DNA of 33,329 nucleotides from Gaiellales bacterium (lineage in GTDB: Bacteria; Actinomycetota; Thermoleophilia; Gaiellales; Gaiellaceae). Below are positions 25,529 to 33,053 of this stretch, in pieces. The notes below the pieces were generated by a model. It worked only from the letters and a program-made list of their open reading frames with translations, was not told where the DNA came from and searched no databases. The stretch covers positions 1-33,329 of the forward strand of contig JBBSIG010000001.1 in NCBI GenBank assembly GCA_038232215.1, in the 5' to 3' direction. Numbering within the stretch: position 1 is the first letter of the stretch; the number at the start of each line of letters is the position of its first letter. The translations under genes were made by a program, and so were the position numbers.

Positions 25529-26944
25529 TCATCGCTCCCAGCGGCTCCAGCCGGGACCGAGCAGCGGATCGGTGAGCCAGAAGTACGCGACGCGCTCGAT
25601 CGGCGGCAGCGAGGCACGGCCGCTCGGCGCGAACCTGTCGACCGCCGCCGTGCGGGCCACATGGGAGAGGCCGTGGTGGAGCCAGCAGAGCGTCGCGATC
25701 GGGCCGACGGCGGATGGAGGCACGTCGCACGCCTCGACGGCTCTGCGGACCCAGGCGAAGAGCAGTGGAGAGCGCGGCGACCCGCCGCGGAAGAGGCGGG
25801 CGGCGTGCTCGTCCCGGCCGTCGCTCGAGACGCGGTCGAGCGCCGCGACGGCATCGGTGAGGAAGTAGAGGAGATCCCAGAGCGGCAGCCCGTGCGCCCG
25901 GGCCGATTCCCAGTCGACGGCCGTGAACGCGGCTCCCTCGCCCACGATGTTCCACGAGCCGAGATCGTTGTGCTGCAGCACCGCCGGGACGGGAGGCAGG
26001 GTCGAGACGAGGTCGGCGGGCGCCCCCGACTCCGTCCAGCGGGGGACGACCTCCTCGGACAGACGCCGGCGCTCTGCGTCCAGGCGCGCAGGCTCCGCGG
26101 CAGTCGCGCGCCCGAGCTCGACGATCCAGGAGGCGATGCCGTCGACGAGCCCCAGCTTGGTCGCCTCCGACGTCGGCCCCTCGAGCACGCGCCGGACGCG
26201 CTGCCCGACCGCGGCCGACTCGACGAGCGCGTGCAGACCGTCTGCCGTGAAGCGGCCGAGCAGGCGAGGCGCGTGTCGCGCGACCGCCCCCCCGGCGGTC
26301 TCGGCGAGCCTCAACCCTCGCTCGTCGCGGTCGAACGGATCGCTGTAGCCCGGCACGCGGGCGAACTTGAGCACCCAGGCGGGCGCCGGGGAGCCGGCCG
26401 GGAAGAGGTGGAAGACGTTCCGGCTGAGCTCGTCGCCCTGGCCGAGGGTGAGGAACCACGACGAGTCGGCGGGAATCCCGAGCTCTCCGGCCAGCGAGAC
26501 GAGAAACGGGGGGCCGCCGTCGCGCTGGCCGACCGTCGTGGTCGAGCGGAGCTCCGGGAAGCGGCCCGTCTGGAAGAGCCTCGCGAGCAGCGCGTTTCGC
26601 ACGGTGCGCCAGCGGCGATCGGCGGCTGACCAGCGGCTGACCGCATAGCTCGCCGCGGCGGGCTGGTCGAGCGGAAGCAGGATGTCCGGGCGGTCGACCG
26701 TCGGGCGCGGGAGGTAGCGACGCACGACGAAGCCGCGCGACTCGAGCAGCCGCCTCGCGCCCGAGCCCTCCAGGAGGATGCTGTGGGCGCCCGACTCGAG
26801 TGCCTGGTCCGCGAGCCGAGCGGGGGCGACGGCGAGGTCGGGAGTGTCGGCTGCCGCGGCTTGCGGGTCGAGCACGTCGACGCCTGCCTGCTCGAGGCCG
26901 TCCCGCCAGGTGTCGAGCCCGCCGAGCACGAGGGCGCTCGACAC
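25529..26944 (-). CDS. Aminoglycoside-phosphotransferase / choline-kinase / WaaP-like (protein-kinase fold) phosphotransferase with a ~150-aa N-terminal extension
   Basis: ATP-lysine context PAWVLKFAR, Brenner motif LQHNDLGSWNIV, and metal-binding motif TAVDWESA followed by PLWDLLYFL. GTG at 26944. The alternative 519-aa ORF (25512-27071) in another frame is Arg/Pro/Ala junk. Confidence 0.8.
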   Translation of the reverse strand: MSSALVLGGLDTWRDGLEQAGVDVLDPQAAAADTPDLAVAPARLADQALESGAHSILLEGSGARRLLESRGFVVRRYLPRPTVDRPDILLPLDQPAAASYAVSRWSAADRRWRTVRNALLARLFQTGRFPELRSTTTVGQRDGGPPFLVSLAGELGIPADSSWFLTLGQGDELSRNVFHLFPAGSPAPAWVLKFARVPGYSDPFDRDERGLRLAETAGGAVARHAPRLLGRFTADGLHALVESAAVGQRVRRVLEGPTSEATKLGLVDGIASWIVELGRATAAEPARLDAERRRLSEEVVPRWTESGAPADLVSTLPPVPAVLQHNDLGSWNIVGEGAAFTAVDWESARAHGLPLWDLLYFLTDAVAALDRVSSDGRDEHAARLFRGGSPRSPLLFAWVRRAVEACDVPPSAVGPIATLCWLHHGLSHVARTAAVDRFAPSGRASLPPIERVAYFWLTDPLLGPGWSRWER

Positions 26945-26985
26945 CGGACGAGAGAGCAGGAAGCGCGGATCGACGCGGCGGAGGC

Positions 26986-28083
26986 TCAGGGCAGGAGCTC
27001 CGCATACAGGGACTCGTAGCCGGCCGCCATGGTCGGCGCGGTGAACCGCTCGCGGGCCAGAGCCCGCCCACGCTCGCCCATGGCGAGCCGCTCCGCCGGG
27101 TCTTCGAGGAGCCGCCGCAGAGCTCGGGCGAGGGCGTCCGGGTCCTCCGGCGGCACGAGCAGGCCCGTCTCGCCGTCGATCACGGCCTCGGAGACGCTGC
27201 CGACGTCGGTCGCCACGACCGGGAGGCCGGCGAGCATCGCCTCGACGATCGCGAGGGGGAACGCCTCGAAGCGGGAGGGCAGCACGAAGACGTCGAGCGC
27301 GGGCAGGTAGCTCCGCGAGTTCGAGACCCAGCCCGTCACGAGCACGCGCTCGGACACGCCGAGCTCGTCCGCGAGCGCCACCAGCGGCTGCCGCTCCCGG
27401 CCGTCGCCCACGAGCAGCGCCGTGACGTCCGGCAGCGCGGGAAGCGCCCGGAGCAGCACGTCGAACCCCTTCTGCGGGTGCAGCCTGCCGGAGGAGCCGA
27501 TCAGCGGGCCCGGAACCGGACGGGCCGCCGGCTCCACCTCGCGCTCTTGGACGCCGTTGTGGATCGTCCGCACCGAGCCGCTCGCGCGACCCAGCAGCGC
27601 CTCCAGCTCGCGTGCTGTCCGCCGGCCGACGGTGACCTCCGCCGCGAGCCGCCGCGAGACGAGCCGCCTCAGGCGGCGTTGGCGCTCGTTCGGCGGCGGG
27701 ACCGGCAGGTGGACGACGGCGATCGTCCGCAGCCGAGGCACGAGCACGGCGGCCGAGAGCGCGTAGAGCGAGAACCAGGGGCTCGCCAGGTTCACCTGGA
27801 AGAGGTCAGGCCGAAGCCGTCGCAGTGCCTGGAGGTGCGCCAGAGTGCCTCGCCAGTCTCGCCAGCCCCGAACCGGCGGCACGAGGAACGACTTCGCGGC
27901 GGGGCGATGGTTGGCGATCCATTCGACGACCGCGCGGTCGACCCCGAGGACGGTGACGTCGATCCCGGGACCGAGCGCGCCGACGAGCGTCGCGAGGCTG
28001 CCTTCGGCACCGCCGAACTCGCTCGAGTCCGAGTAGACGACGAGGCGGGTCGTCCGGAGCTGCGGGTCGGTCGCCACGGGCAC
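26986..28083 (-). CDS. Glycosyltransferase family 4
   Basis: RLVVYSDSSEFGGAEG N-terminus, IGSSGRLHPQKGFDVLL, LVGDGRER, and the E-x7-E region LPSRFEAFPLAIVEAMLAGLPVVATDVG. GTG at 28083. Confidence 0.9.
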   Translation of the reverse strand: MPVATDPQLRTTRLVVYSDSSEFGGAEGSLATLVGALGPGIDVTVLGVDRAVVEWIANHRPAAKSFLVPPVRGWRDWRGTLAHLQALRRLRPDLFQVNLASPWFSLYALSAAVLVPRLRTIAVVHLPVPPPNERQRRLRRLVSRRLAAEVTVGRRTARELEALLGRASGSVRTIHNGVQEREVEPAARPVPGPLIGSSGRLHPQKGFDVLLRALPALPDVTALLVGDGRERQPLVALADELGVSERVLVTGWVSNSRSYLPALDVFVLPSRFEAFPLAIVEAMLAGLPVVATDVGSVSEAVIDGETGLLVPPEDPDALARALRRLLEDPAERLAMGERGRALARERFTAPTMAAGYESLYAELLP

Positions 28084-28103
28084 CCGTATCGTTCCGGCTG
28101 CGG

Positions 28104-29483
28104 ATGGGACGTTCCTCCCCCACCTCCTCGGTCGCGGCGGGCGAGAAGGCTTTCCTGCACGGTGTCTCCGGGCCGGCGGGGACTGCGCTCGCCGACGGCG
28201 CGAGCGTGCTCGGCGGGCTCCGTCCCCTCGTTGGCCCGTTCCTTCTGCCGGTCGCGGACGTGACCGGGCCCGAGCGCTTGCTCGCGCGAGCCCGCGCCGG
28301 GCTGCCCGAGGGCGCCGCCCGGGCCGAGGCCGTGGCCGTGCGGCTTCGCCGTGAGGGCGTGGCCCTCGAATGGGGCCAGTCGATCGTCTTCGGCGACGCC
28401 CCCGCGCTCGACCGGTTTCTGTATGAGCGCGGCCGCTCCTCGATCGACCTGATCCGGGCCGACCCCTCGCTCCTGACCGAGCTTCAGGTGGGCTCCTGGT
28501 TCAACGCCGGCTGGCGCGGGCGTCTCGTCCGGCGGGCCGCCGTCAGCTCGCCGCGCCCCATCCGCGGCATTGCCCGGGTCACTCGCTTCGCGCTCGACGC
28601 AGCCTTCTGGGCGGGCGTCCGCTCGGCCGCGACCGCGCGGGAGTGGGAGCGGCTCACACGGAGCTCGTACGTCGCGCTCCTGTACCACCGGCTGGCCGGA
28701 GAGGCGAAGCCGGGCCAGGAGCGTCTCGATCTTCCGCCCGACCAGCTCGACCGCCAGCTGCGGCTGCTGCGGGTGCTCGGCTTCAGGCCGCTCTCCCCCG
28801 AGCAGCTCGACCTGTTCCACACCGATCCCGGCGCGATCCTGCCGAGACGCAGCTATCTCCTGACGGCCGACGACGGCTTCCGTGACTGCGTCGTCGCCCT
28901 GAGCAGGCACGTGAGCTGCCACCCGCAGCTCTTCGTGCCGACGGACGCGATCGGGGGCGGAGCCTGGTGGGCCGACGGCGAGCCCGTGGCCACTGCGGGG
29001 GAGCTGCGCGAGTTCGTGGCCGCGGGTGGGAGCGTGGGCTCCCACGGCCGCAGCCATCCGACGCTGCCCGAGCTCGCGTTGGACGAGCTCGAGCGGGAGC
29101 TGGCTGGGTCGCGCGACGATCTCGCCGCGCTCCTCGTCCGGTCGCTGCCGTTCGTCGCCTATCCCCACGGGCGGCACGACCACGCCGTGCGGGCGGCCAC
29201 GATCGCGGCCGGCTACCGCGCCGCCTACACGACCGAGCCGGGTCGAAACGGCGCCGGCACCGATCCGTACTGCCTCCGACGGATCGGACCGAAGGTGTGG
29301 GACAGCCCGCTTGCGTTTCTCTGGAAAGCGATCACCGGGGAGCTTGTGCCGCGTCGCTGGGAGCGGGCTCTGCTGCGTCGCGCGCGACGCGGATCCCGCC
29401 CGCTCCCACCCACGAGTCGCCGTACCGCCGGCGCAGCCTCCGACCGACCCTCCCCGGAGCCAGGAACGCCGCTGCCGCCTTGA
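28104..29483 (+). CDS. Polysaccharide deacetylase family protein (NodB-like) with an unassigned ~170-aa N-terminal region, no signal peptide
   Basis: VALLYHRLAG, LLTADDGFRD (Asp-Asp), GSHGRSHP (His-x3-His), FVAYPHGRHD, CLRRI. Start is uncertain: ATG 28104 is only 20 bp from divergent GTG 28083, and GTG 28260 is an alternative. The last ~50 codons overlap the convergent GT2 gene. Confidence 0.8.
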   Translation: MGRSSPTSSVAAGEKAFLHGVSGPAGTALADGASVLGGLRPLVGPFLLPVADVTGPERLLARARAGLPEGAARAEAVAVRLRREGVALEWGQSIVFGDAPALDRFLYERGRSSIDLIRADPSLLTELQVGSWFNAGWRGRLVRRAAVSSPRPIRGIARVTRFALDAAFWAGVRSAATAREWERLTRSSYVALLYHRLAGEAKPGQERLDLPPDQLDRQLRLLRVLGFRPLSPEQLDLFHTDPGAILPRRSYLLTADDGFRDCVVALSRHVSCHPQLFVPTDAIGGGAWWADGEPVATAGELREFVAAGGSVGSHGRSHPTLPELALDELERELAGSRDDLAALLVRSLPFVAYPHGRHDHAVRAATIAAGYRAAYTTEPGRNGAGTDPYCLRRIGPKVWDSPLAFLWKAITGELVPRRWERALLRRARRGSRPLPPTSRRTAGAASDRPSPEPGTPLPP

Positions 29484-30387
29484 GCCTCGTGGTCGTCGAG
29501 AAGCCCTTGCCGACCACGATCGCGAGCGAGCGGCGGCGTGCGCTCCGATCCTCCTCGAGCAGCGCGCTGCGCGCCTCCACGAGCGCCAGCTCGCAGCGCT
29601 GAGCGGCGAGCGAGCGCGTCACGATGGCCCGCTCGCGCGCGTCCAGCGACGGGTGCCTCGCCGCCTTCCCGAGCGTCGTCACCCGCCCTCGAATCAGCCG
29701 CGCGCGGTCGCTCGAGAGGCTCGACTCGCGGAGTCGGTAGAGGGCGAGCGGCTCGTCCACCGCACCCGCGAGCGCGCCGTCGAGGATGAGCCGGGCCCAG
29801 AGGTCCCAGTCGGTCGTCCACCTGATCGACTCGTCGAATCCGCCCACCGCGAGCAGGCGCTCCCGTCGGACGGCGGCCAGGCCGAAGACGAAGTTCCGCT
29901 CGAGGATCGCCGCGCGCTGATCCTCGACCTCGAACGTCCAGCCCTCCGTGTAGCAACGCCGGGCGACCTCTCCGTTCACCTCGAGCAGGGCGTCGCTCGT
30001 GAGGATGTCGAGATCGGGGCGGGCGGCAGCGAGCTCGCCGAGGGCCTCCAGCCGCTCGGGAAAGTAGAGGTCGTCGGCGTCGAGGATCGTCACGAACTCT
30101 CCCGAGGCGGCCCGGGCGGCGGCGTTCTTCGCTGAGGCCTCGCCGCCGTTCTCCTTGCGCACGAAGACGATGCGGTCGCGGTACGGCTCGAGCGCCTCCT
30201 CGAGAGCGTCGGTCGACCCGTCGTCGCACACGACCACCTCGTGCGGAGCGAGCGTCTGCTCGAAAGCCGAGTCGAGCGCCTCTCCGATCACGTCGCTGAC
30301 CTGGTAGGCGGCCACGAGGACGGAGAAGGTGGGGACCCGTCCGGGGCGCACGGCTGCTCGTGGCGGCGGAGCGAGGAGGCTCCTCAT
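29332..30387 (-). CDS. Glycosyltransferase family 2, paralog A
   Basis: TFSVLVAAYQ, VVVCDDGSTD, KENGGEASAKNAA, ILDADDLYFPERL, plus a long helical C-terminal half. ATG at 30387 overlaps the upstream TGA (ATGA). It is collinear with paralog B at 31957-32982. Confidence 0.9.
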   Translation of the reverse strand: MRSLLAPPPRAAVRPGRVPTFSVLVAAYQVSDVIGEALDSAFEQTLAPHEVVVCDDGSTDALEEALEPYRDRIVFVRKENGGEASAKNAAARAASGEFVTILDADDLYFPERLEALGELAAARPDLDILTSDALLEVNGEVARRCYTEGWTFEVEDQRAAILERNFVFGLAAVRRERLLAVGGFDESIRWTTDWDLWARLILDGALAGAVDEPLALYRLRESSLSSDRARLIRGRVTTLGKAARHPSLDARERAIVTRSLAAQRCELALVEARSALLEEDRSARRRSLAIVVGKGFSTTTRLKAAAAFLAPGRVGRRLRRRYGDSWVGAGGIRVARDAAEPAPSDAAQAPR

Positions 30388-31967
30388 CGCGCGGGCATCC
30401 CGGCGGAGAGCCGGCACACGCGTCCGACCAGGCCGCCGGCCCGTCGCCCGGCGAGCTCGTCGAGCCACTGCGCGTCGACGGGCGAGACGACGCGGAGCAC
30501 CATCGCGAGCAGAGCGAAGACGGCGCTTCCGACGATGACTCCTGCCGCGACGCCGGCCGCGCCGCCGAGCGCCGAGAGCGCTCCCCAGGCTGCCAGGCCG
30601 GCGCCGGCCGAGGCGAGCATCGCCCGCAGGATCGCCGCCGGCTCCCAGCGCACGTCCCCTAGCAGCCGGCAGGAGTAGCCGACGACGATCAGGGCCGCGA
30701 CCACCTGCGCGCCGGAGTTGGCCAGCGCGGCGCCGATCGCCTCGTGATCCGGAATCAGGAGGAGGTCGAGTCCGATGTTGACCACTGCGGCAATGGTGCC
30801 GGAGATGAGCGGGAAACGTATCTTCCCGAGGCCGACGAGCAGCGAGTAGCTGACGCCCATCAGCGGGATCAGCGGGCTCGGGGCGAGGAGGATGAGCAGC
30901 ACTGCGCCCGTTCCCTCGTAGTCGCTGCCGTAGGCGAGGCGGAGCGTGGCCGGGCCGAGGACGAGCGCGCCGGCGACCACCGGGAGGGTAGAGAGGAGCA
31001 GGAGCCGCAGCGCCCGCGAGTACCCGGCTCTGATGCGGTCGGTTGCGCCCGCCCCGAAGAGCGTCGCGAATGCCGGCGAGATCGCGCCGGCGATGGTCTG
31101 CGGCACCGTGACGAGCGCTGTGGACGCCGCGAACGCGATCGAGTAGAGCGCAATCTGCGTGTCGCCGGAGAAGCGCTCGAGAAAGAAGAACTCGGACCGC
31201 CGGAACACGACCAGCGTGAGGATGACGCCGAGGGACGCGCCGCCGGCGTAGCGTATGAACTCGCGCCCGAGTCGGCCGGTCGGCCCGCGCCGTGGGGCCA
31301 GCTCGCGCAACAGCCGGCGCGCGAGCAGGCCCGTCCACAGCAGGTTCGCCACCCCGAGTACCGCCTGGACGGCGAACATCCCCACGATCCCGCCGCCCGC
31401 GACGAGCACGAGGACGGTCGCGACCGTCGACAGCGTCCCGGTGACGAGCAGCACGATCGACGCCTCGCGCCAGCGCTGTGCCCCCCAGAGGACGGAGTTC
31501 GGAATGCGGTGCAGGATCCCGGCCGCACAGACGATCGCCGAGAGCAGCCAGGCGGAGCGCGGCGCGGCGCCGAGCAAGCCCACGGCGACGAAGGCGGCGG
31601 CGCCGAGCGCGGCCGCCCCTGTCTCGATCCGCCAGGCCCGGTCGACGATTCCACGGAGAGCCTCCGGCTCCCCTCGGCCACGCGCCTCACCGACGAAGCG
31701 GAGGAGGGAGGTCGGCAGGCCCCCGGTGAGCAGCATCGTGGCGGTGAGAGTTGCGAACGCGATGTAGCTCTGGCGCCCCATGCCGTCTGGGCCGAGGTAC
31801 CGCGCCGCGACGACCGACACCAGCAGCGTGTAGAGCTGCGGCGCGACGCTGCCGAGCGCGGTCCAGGAGCCTCCCCGCGCGAACGATGCTCCGGTGGTCG
31901 CCTCCGCTGCGTCCTTCGCAACGCGGGAGTCCGACTCCGGCGGCTCAGAGCGCTCGCTAGCGATCAC
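30384..31967 (-). CDS. Wzx-type polysaccharide flippase (MOP superfamily), copy B
   Basis: About 14 hydrophobic spans. The N-terminal pattern is GSVAPQLYTLLVSVVAARYLGPDGMGRQSYIAFATLTATMLLTGGLPTSLLRF. GTG at 31967 is the first start not deep inside GT2-B, and overlaps its TAG by 11 nt. The tracked 610-aa version extends through GT2-B. Confidence 0.85.
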   Translation of the reverse strand: MIASERSEPPESDSRVAKDAAEATTGASFARGGSWTALGSVAPQLYTLLVSVVAARYLGPDGMGRQSYIAFATLTATMLLTGGLPTSLLRFVGEARGRGEPEALRGIVDRAWRIETGAAALGAAAFVAVGLLGAAPRSAWLLSAIVCAAGILHRIPNSVLWGAQRWREASIVLLVTGTLSTVATVLVLVAGGGIVGMFAVQAVLGVANLLWTGLLARRLLRELAPRRGPTGRLGREFIRYAGGASLGVILTLVVFRRSEFFFLERFSGDTQIALYSIAFAASTALVTVPQTIAGAISPAFATLFGAGATDRIRAGYSRALRLLLLSTLPVVAGALVLGPATLRLAYGSDYEGTGAVLLILLAPSPLIPLMGVSYSLLVGLGKIRFPLISGTIAAVVNIGLDLLLIPDHEAIGAALANSGAQVVAALIVVGYSCRLLGDVRWEPAAILRAMLASAGAGLAAWGALSALGGAAGVAAGVIVGSAVFALLAMVLRVVSPVDAQWLDELAGRRAGGLVGRVCRLSAGMPAR

Positions 31968-32982
31968 GAGGATCGGGTCGGCGCAGCCGGGTGGTGCCGC
32001 TCTCGCGGTCGCGCGCGACGAGCCGTCGGCCGACCGATCGGGGAGCGAGGACCGCCCCGGCGGCCTTGAGGCGCGCGCGAGCTCCGATCCCGGGTCGAAG
32101 CACCACGTCCAGCGCGCGACGGCGTGCGTCCGGGGCCCCGGCGAGGAGCGCGGCCTCCGCTGACGTAAGTGCGACGCGGCGGCGGTTGAGCGCGAGCGAG
32201 GCCTCGAGCACACCACGCTCCTCGGCCGAGAGCGCGGGCTGGGTTCGCTTAGCCTTCTCGAGCACCAGCACCCGTTCCTCGAGCGAGCGCACGCGGCTTG
32301 CGCTCAAGCTGCCCTCCCTCAGCCTGTAGCGCGTCAATGGCTCGTCCACGAGCCCGGCCGCGGCGCCGCTCAGGATGAGTCGCATCCAGCAATCCCAGTC
32401 GTAGGCGATCGCGAACGACTCGTCCCAGCCGCCGAGCTCGAGGAGACGCTTCCGCCTTACGGCCGGAGCGAAGATGAAGCAGGCCGTCAGGATGCCGGCT
32501 CGCTGATCCACGACGGGGAAGCGGTTGGCTCGGTTGAAGCGACCCGCGACCTCGCCGCCGAGCTCGAACAGGGCGTCGCTGGTGAGAATGTCGAGGTCGG
32601 GTCGCGCCGCGCCGAGCTCGCCGAGGGCCTCTATCCGCTCGGGGAAATAGGCATCGTCCGCGTCCAGCACGACGACGAAGTCGCCAGACGCGGCGCGGGC
32701 GGCGATATTGAGTGCGGACGCTCCGCCGCCGTTCTCCTTGCGCAGGAGCGTGATCCGGTCGCGGTAGCGTGCGAGCGCGCCCTCGATGTCGTCGGCCGAG
32801 CCGTCGTCGCAGACGATCACCTCGAGCGGCGCGACCGTCTGTGCGAGGGCCGAGGCGACCGACTCGGCCACCGTGTCCGCCGCCTGGTAGGCCGGAGTCA
32901 GGACGGAGAACGTCGGGACGCGGCCCGGCTGCGACTCAGCGGGCGGGGGAGGCGCGATCGAAGGTCTCATGGAATCCGACAT
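31957..32982 (-). CDS. Glycosyltransferase family 2, paralog B
   Basis: TFSVLTPAYQ, VIVCDDGSAD, KENGGGASALNIA, VLDADDAYFPERI. ATG at 32982 is chosen. ATG at 32970 aligns residue-for-residue with the start of paralog A (MRPSIAPPPP.. vs MRSLLAPPPR..) and is equally likely. The tracked 33132 start adds Arg/Gly-rich junk. Confidence 0.9.
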   Translation of the reverse strand: MSDSMRPSIAPPPPAESQPGRVPTFSVLTPAYQAADTVAESVASALAQTVAPLEVIVCDDGSADDIEGALARYRDRITLLRKENGGGASALNIAARAASGDFVVVLDADDAYFPERIEALGELGAARPDLDILTSDALFELGGEVAGRFNRANRFPVVDQRAGILTACFIFAPAVRRKRLLELGGWDESFAIAYDWDCWMRLILSGAAAGLVDEPLTRYRLREGSLSASRVRSLEERVLVLEKAKRTQPALSAEERGVLEASLALNRRRVALTSAEAALLAGAPDARRRALDVVLRPGIGARARLKAAGAVLAPRSVGRRLVARDRESGTTRLRRPDPRDR

Positions 32983-33053
32983 CCCTTGCACCACGCCTCC
33001 TGTCTCGGCCGGAGGGGGCCGCCGCATGAGTGGACGACTGCCCTGTCGGTCAC

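Noticed and set aside
25451-29183. ORFs 25451-26629 (+), 25512-27071 (-), 26800-28263 (+) and 27792-29183 (-)
   Set aside because: These are alternative-frame or antisense ORFs over the kinase, GT4 and deacetylase genes. All are Arg/Pro/Gly/Ala/Glu-rich without motifs, whereas the chosen frames carry Brenner, E-x7-E and NodB motifs.
30744-32069. A 441-aa plus-strand ORF antisense to flippase B
   Set aside because: It is a highly charged Arg/Glu/Asp-rich shadow of a minus-strand frame that shows about 14 hydrophobic helices.
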